Shown here: one piece after another, positions 15,585 to 20,000 of the stretch
How the letters are laid out: each line of letters starts with the position of its first letter
How positions within the stretch are numbered: position 1 is the first letter of the stretch
Virus record (IMG/VR): IMGVR_UViG_3300042356_002208
Direction: 5' to 3' (one strand)
From: an uncultured virus (IMG/VR IMGVR_UViG_3300042356_002208)
Taxonomy: Duplodnaviria; Heunggongvirae; Uroviricota; Caudoviricetes
Length of the DNA: 20,000 bases
Notes under the pieces: generated by a model
The model's input: the letters and a program-made list of their open reading frames with translations, nothing else
What the model was told of the DNA's origin: nothing
The model's database searches: none
Made by a program: the position numbers and the translations under genes

Positions 15585-15839
15585 TCAATAATTAGACGGT
15601 AGAATTCCTGCTTCGTATTGCGATTTGCCATTCTTAAGAAGATATTCTAGCTGGGTCCATTGTTTTTTCGTTAGGTACTTTTTATCCTTAACCTGATTCC
15701 ATAACTTAGAGAAAAAAGGATTGAATCTATACTTCTGGGGTAACCAGTCCCAGAGCTTCTGGTAGTACTGGATCTCTGCATCAGTAAACTCTTTTTTTTC
15801 AGGCTTACTGAAATTCTCGTACAGTTCTATATGTTCCAT
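15585..15839 (-). CDS. Tagged small hypothetical protein
   Basis: 84 aa; starts MEHIELYENF; LTKKQW motif. Confidence 0.75.
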   Translation of the reverse strand: MEHIELYENFSKPEKKEFTDAEIQYYQKLWDWLPQKYRFNPFFSKLWNQVKDKKYLTKKQWTQLEYLLKNGKSQYEAGILPSNY

Positions 15840-15883
15840 CTTACCTATTATCTAATTTTTGTCCTTATCCATGTTCAAACCCC

Positions 15884-16720
15884 CTAAATAAAATCCCAGG
15901 ATTTTTTTACGCTAATGTATTTCTTAAGAGCTTCTATTTTTCTAAGAGATATCGTTAGATCGTCGCTTTTAAGTATTTGGCTCCACCCGGAGAGAAGGGA
16001 TTTTCTCGCTTCTTCGGGTAGAGAATTAAATTTTTCGATCTCGTCTTGATTTTTTTCTAAAGCATCACCGAGGAGAATAGCATGTAAGCTTTCGTCTATG
16101 TCGTCTCCTTCTATCCTACCATTTTCCAAAAATTGATCAAGCAGATTACAGTAAATCTCTTTCACCTCTTTTTTTATATGCGAAGATATCGATGGGAGTC
16201 TTTTCAAATTCCAATTGACAAAAATTCTAACCTTTTTGAAGTCCTGAAAGATCTCAGTAATCGATTCGTTAATAATCCTTGTGATATCTTCGAATGTTTC
16301 AAAATTAATGTCTACCCTTATAGTTTGAGCTCCGTACTGGGAGAAGTTATAATTATTCAATTTATAACTACCCGAAGCTAGAGAAGGATCTAAAAAATAT
16401 TGGAATTGCATATTATTTTCGGAGATAGGATATTTTGGGATTATATCGCTATCCGAATATTTTTCAAGCTTATCTATATTTTCTGATATACCTAATTCTT
16501 TTAAACCTATTGAAATAGATATGGAGTTTTGCCCCCATTTTTTATTTGATATGCATGGAAGCCCACCGTTTTTCTTAAGATTTTTATTTACCTTCACCAC
16601 AAGATCTACTCCTTCGCTGTTTAGATAGTCAATCTGGTCATCGGTTAAAGTTATTCCACCGGATTTCAAAGCATCTTCGGATTCGTTTATGGAGTATTTC
16701 TTTATGTGTTTTAGGTTCAT
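15884..16720 (-). CDS. Tagged hypothetical protein
   Basis: 278 aa; starts MNLKHIKKYSINE; GATATATA-CCTAC-ATG upstream (16733-16718). Confidence 0.75.
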   Translation of the reverse strand: MNLKHIKKYSINESEDALKSGGITLTDDQIDYLNSEGVDLVVKVNKNLKKNGGLPCISNKKWGQNSISISIGLKELGISENIDKLEKYSDSDIIPKYPISENNMQFQYFLDPSLASGSYKLNNYNFSQYGAQTIRVDINFETFEDITRIINESITEIFQDFKKVRIFVNWNLKRLPSISSHIKKEVKEIYCNLLDQFLENGRIEGDDIDESLHAILLGDALEKNQDEIEKFNSLPEEARKSLLSGWSQILKSDDLTISLRKIEALKKYISVKKSWDFI

Positions 16721-16732
16721 GTAGGTATATAT

Positions 16733-17140
16733 CTAGGATTCAACATCCTTAATATCGGTTATCTCTACACTTATTAAATCCGGATCCTTTTTTGGACACA
16801 TTTTTACTATTAGTTTATTGTAGAGACACTCTATTTCATCCAAACTTAAATTGCTTTTCTTCCCGTTTATATCAACGGTACAAGCTACAACATTTCCCTC
16901 GATGTAACCCTTTGCTGAATCTATTCTATCAAAGCTTCTTGCGAGTAATCCCTCTTCCTCGAATTTTTTACCAGTGTAATAACATGTCTGGTAAGCTAAA
17001 AGTTTCTTTACTGATTCGAATGAAAGATCGAATTCTAATTTTCTGTCTTGTGCGCTCTGGTGTATTTTTAGCATTTTTTTGGCTACTTCTAGATCCGTAA
17101 CCTCCGTCTCCTTAGGCTTGTTTTGTTTACCTTTCCTCAT
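16733..17140 (-). CDS. HNH-like / T4 Srd-like protein
   Basis: 135 aa; SAQDRKLEFDLS, CYYTG, SFDRIDSAKGYIEGNVVAC..IN..K. Confidence 0.65.
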   Translation of the reverse strand: MRKGKQNKPKETEVTDLEVAKKMLKIHQSAQDRKLEFDLSFESVKKLLAYQTCYYTGKKFEEEGLLARSFDRIDSAKGYIEGNVVACTVDINGKKSNLSLDEIECLYNKLIVKMCPKKDPDLISVEITDIKDVES

Positions 17141-17156
17141 ATTTAGAATGTTTTAT

Positions 17157-17348
17157 CTAATCACACCTAGACCTGAATAATTTGTGGTATAGAAAATAAC
17201 CGACAAAAGGCCAAAAGTGGAAAATGATGACCCTCTCAATAAAGCTGTCCATTCTATATTCCTCATCCTTAGAAAAAAGAGACAATAGCTCCATAGTTAT
17301 CCAGATGGGAACTCCAGGAGCAAAAAATATTAGACAGTAGATCATCAT
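17157..17348 (-). CDS. Small membrane protein
   Basis: 63 aa with two hydrophobic segments, FWP motif. Confidence 0.6.
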   Translation of the reverse strand: MMIYCLIFFAPGVPIWITMELLSLFSKDEEYRMDSFIERVIIFHFWPFVGYFLYHKLFRSRCD

Positions 17349-17387
17349 ATTAGATATTTTATCTATATATGGATCTTATGTTTCCTT

Positions 17388-18431
17388 TTAGTGATAAATA
17401 TTATCAGTATCTTCCCAACGAATTTTCTTTTCCCACTCCCATGCGCTATTTAAAATATCCTTCACACCGAATTTAGACTCCCATCCCAGAATAGAATTAG
17501 CCTTGGTACTGTCGCACCAAACTTCAGCAGGATCTCCTGGCCTTCTTGGTCCTCTTTCGCAAACTAAAAGATCCGGCTCAACGCAGAAGACAAATGTTTC
17601 CGCCATTTCATAAACTGATGTCCCCTTTCCTGTTCCTATGTTGAAGTAATCGAAAGTCCCGATATTCTGAGATTCCAGCCAAGATAAAGCTTTTAGATGA
17701 GCGATTGCGAGATCTGTCACGTGTATATAATCCCTAATAGCTGTACCATCAGGAGTTGGAAAATCCGACCCTGTTATAGTCATCGGTCCATATACTCCTG
17801 CAGCAGATTGTGTTATGATGGGGACAAGGTTGCTCGGTTTCCCTTTTGGTAGTTCCCCTATTAATAAGCTGTTATCAGCTCCTGCTGGATTAAAATATCT
17901 CAGAGCAACTGATCTAATGTTCTGTGATTTTGTCGTGTCCTCAACTATCCACTCACCCATAACCTTAGAAGATCCGTAGGGAGTAGTGCCCTTCCCGATT
18001 GGATGTTCCTCTGTAATTGGTAAAAATTGGGGATCGCCATAAACAGTAGCGGAACTTGAGAATATAAAATTTTTAACATTCCGAATCTTGCAGAATTTCA
18101 GAATATTAAGAAGTGATTTCAGATTGTTATCATAATATTCTATTGGATTGGAAACCGATTCTGGAGAAGATTTTAATGCTGCAAAGTGTATCACCGAATC
18201 AAAATTAGGATCAAGAGAGTCTAATTTTTCAAAAACCATGTGCATAGGTAAGCTGAGATCACATTCTACTAGATCTACTTTCTTTCCGCTGGCTTTTTCT
18301 ATATTCTCTACAGCAGATCTATCTGAATTTATGAATGAGTCCAAGATTACAACATCGTGTCCCTCCCTTAAAGCTTCTACTGCGGTGTGAGATCCAATGT
18401 ACCCCGCACCTCCGGTTATTAAAATTCTCAT
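17388..18431 (-). CDS. galE: UDP-glucose 4-epimerase
   Basis: 347 aa; ILITGGAGYIGSH, VIHFAA, FSSSATVYG, YGSSK, LRYFNP, PTPDGTAIRDYIHV, RRPGD. Confidence 0.95.
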   Translation of the reverse strand: MRILITGGAGYIGSHTAVEALREGHDVVILDSFINSDRSAVENIEKASGKKVDLVECDLSLPMHMVFEKLDSLDPNFDSVIHFAALKSSPESVSNPIEYYDNNLKSLLNILKFCKIRNVKNFIFSSSATVYGDPQFLPITEEHPIGKGTTPYGSSKVMGEWIVEDTTKSQNIRSVALRYFNPAGADNSLLIGELPKGKPSNLVPIITQSAAGVYGPMTITGSDFPTPDGTAIRDYIHVTDLAIAHLKALSWLESQNIGTFDYFNIGTGKGTSVYEMAETFVFCVEPDLLVCERGPRRPGDPAEVWCDSTKANSILGWESKFGVKDILNSAWEWEKKIRWEDTDNIYH

Positions 18432-18865
18432 TTGTGCTTAGGTGATTTAAATCCTTTAAGCTTTTCTCCTATTTTATATTTCCTATTGGTTAAAAATGCA
18501 ATCCCGCATTCAGTGTAAACCCAATACTTATATTTTTCATTCTCCTCCTCCATTATTTCTTCAACATAACAATCAAAATGCTTTTCCCGATAAATAGAGG
18601 AATCATAAGGGAAAGAATTTTTGTCCTCTGATTTATTGTGAATTGGATTTTTACAATCGCCTCTATGTGATCCCCATCTGTTATTCCCTGAACCGTATAC
18701 AATGTACTCGCAGTTATTTAAACGATATACGCTATAATTCTGATCCGAAAATTCTGCGGTAGTATCTAAAGAAATCTTATCCTTATCAGAAGCCTTCTTG
18801 ATATTTACATCCTCACAAGAAACGAGGATAATGGATATTGCTATTAACAAGATTGTTTTATTCAT
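18428..18865 (-). CDS. Lipoprotein
   Basis: 145 aa; signal peptide MNKTILLIAISIILVS-C; CEYIV..HRGDCKNPIH. Confidence 0.75.
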   Translation of the reverse strand: MNKTILLIAISIILVSCEDVNIKKASDKDKISLDTTAEFSDQNYSVYRLNNCEYIVYGSGNNRWGSHRGDCKNPIHNKSEDKNSFPYDSSIYREKHFDCYVEEIMEEENEKYKYWVYTECGIAFLTNRKYKIGEKLKGFKSPKHK

Positions 18866-18872
18866 GCGTTTT

Positions 18873-20000
18873 TTATTTTTCTTTAAGTAGAAAATTATTA
18901 GAGATAGCTTTGAAAGAAACTGTCTTGTTACGGTTTCTAATAACTATACCCTCTCTTTCCGTTTGATTATTTAAGATCGACTTTCCTTCCGCCTGATTTA
19001 GAATCTCATCTATAGTTTCAGGAAGTTGATAGTCTTCTGATATAATTGGAACTAATTCAAGGGGGTTTCCGTCTACGTTGATTTTATCTAAAAAGTCTCT
19101 CATCTCATCAAGACCAAGGTACTCCTGTTCGTCTATGTTGAAAACGTTGAAGATCATAACCTTATGTCCTTTAATTCTGTATGGATTTCCTTGAATGCCC
19201 TCACCTATCAATTCTCCCTGGATTGCGTAGTTTTGATTCTGGGTTCCGAGTTTTTCTGCGATGAAAAATTCCCTAGCAATCTTCCAGAAAGTATTCTCCT
19301 TCTTAGGTCTTTCCACTCCATCTTCACATAAGACCGTTCCTGGTTGGAACTCCCCGGGATCTGCCAATTCTAGATTCCTTGAACAGACACCAAAAACACC
19401 GTCTCTGAAGTAGTATGTTGCAGAAGAACCGTCAAGTTTCTCTGTGACGTAATACTTCTGGGATTTCATATTATCAAACTCCTTGGTCATATTTTGGATT
19501 CTCTCCTCATCAGTCTTTCTGATAAATCCAGGAAAAAATCCTTTAACCTTACCCGATAACTCTGCAGGTATCGGTGGCTCATATTTAACCACTCCAAGAA
19601 TTCCAGTTACGTCGGTTCCTTCCTCTATCACTAAGGCATTATCATATGGACCCAATTGGAGCTGATCTCCCCAGGGCTGTTTGCTAGTTCCGATCTTCAT
19701 TTCACCATCATCTTCCAAGACATGTAGCGGCAAAATGAGTCCTTGACTAATCTGTCCTCTGAGACGGATTGTTTTTAATCTGAATCCCTCTAGATCTCCC
19801 ATTTTCTTGTAGGATGATTTTCTTAGAAATTCAAGATCATCTCTTACTGGGAGGAAAGAGTCTATTTCACAGTAGATGCAAAGATCACCAGGACTATATT
19901 CTCCTTTCTTAGTTACTACTTTCCAAGAATTAATTACTGCTATCTCAATAGCATCAGCTCCTTCTATATGAAGGATTTCCTTTACTCTCTGTATGGAGGC
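18873..20000 (-). CDS. ATP-dependent RNA ligase (Rnl2 / DRB0094 family), start lies beyond the window
   Basis: Frame open to the right edge (ASIQRVKEILHIEGADAIE..YCEIDSFLP..LRGQISQGL); KTDEERIQN, TEKLDGSS, QGELIG, REGIV, FKAISNNFLL. Confidence 0.92.
   Translation of the reverse strand, partial: ASIQRVKEILHIEGADAIEIAVINSWKVVTKKGEYSPGDLCIYCEIDSFLPVRDDLEFLRKSSYKKMGDLEGFRLKTIRLRGQISQGLILPLHVLEDDGEMKIGTSKQPWGDQLQLGPYDNALVIEEGTDVTGILGVVKYEPPIPAELSGKVKGFFPGFIRKTDEERIQNMTKEFDNMKSQKYYVTEKLDGSSATYYFRDGVFGVCSRNLELADPGEFQPGTVLCEDGVERPKKENTFWKIAREFFIAEKLGTQNQNYAIQGELIGEGIQGNPYRIKGHKVMIFNVFNIDEQEYLGLDEMRDFLDKINVDGNPLELVPIISEDYQLPETIDEILNQAEGKSILNNQTEREGIVIRNRNKTVSFKAISNNFLLKEK

Noticed and set aside
1469..19665. 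Short antisense or out-of-frame ORFs in the track (1469, 2567, 4591, 4817, 5546, 8721, 9182, 9797, 10947, 11863, 12195, 14313, 16133, 16792, 18148, 19483)
   Set aside because: They overlap better-supported genes and have shadow-ORF composition with no recognisable motifs.
18873..19802. RNA ligase starting at ATG 19802
   Set aside because: The frame stays open for 66 more codons to the window edge and encodes the family's N-terminal domain.
1..20000. Stop-codon reassignment (TAG or TGA read-through)
   Set aside because: Genes tile densely under the standard code, and TAG and TGA end genes right before promoter motifs or the next start.
1..20000. CRISPR array, tRNA genes, introns, DGR template/variable repeats
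   Set aside because: I saw no regularly spaced repeats, cloverleaf/T-loop signatures, split genes or long near-duplicate segments by eye.

Overview
AT-rich, densely packed window of short genes. It reads as part of a large (jumbo/huge) tailed-phage genome, probably infecting a Bacteroidota host (inference: almost no Shine-Dalgarno sites, TAnnTTTG-like boxes, a lipoprotein). Recognisable genes are GalE, an Rnl2/DRB0094-type RNA ligase (runs off the right edge), an M28 peptidase, an acyl-CoA thioesterase, a SLOG/YspA-like protein, two P-loop proteins, a PRTase, a papain-fold protein, a Nudix-like protein, a mosaic fibre/spike protein and a nuclease-less homing-endonuclease remnant. Four patterns stand out. 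(1) Twelve otherwise unrelated ORFs share a 10-13 aa N-terminal tag (e.g. MRYIKLFEYF, MILKFQEFITE) resembling the T4 capsid-targeting sequence, suggesting a large packaged and injected cargo set that includes a three-enzyme operon. (2) A recurring RATATATA late-promoter-like motif precedes these units, in four genes exactly 5 nt before the ATG. (3) A ~200 nt ORF-free, highly structured segment at 2200-2404 has its own promoter motif and terminator, making it a candidate novel ncRNA. (4) A second bipartite promoter-like motif (CGTAA-N8-TAWATT) occurs four times. All family assignments come from motif recognition by eye; no searches were run.
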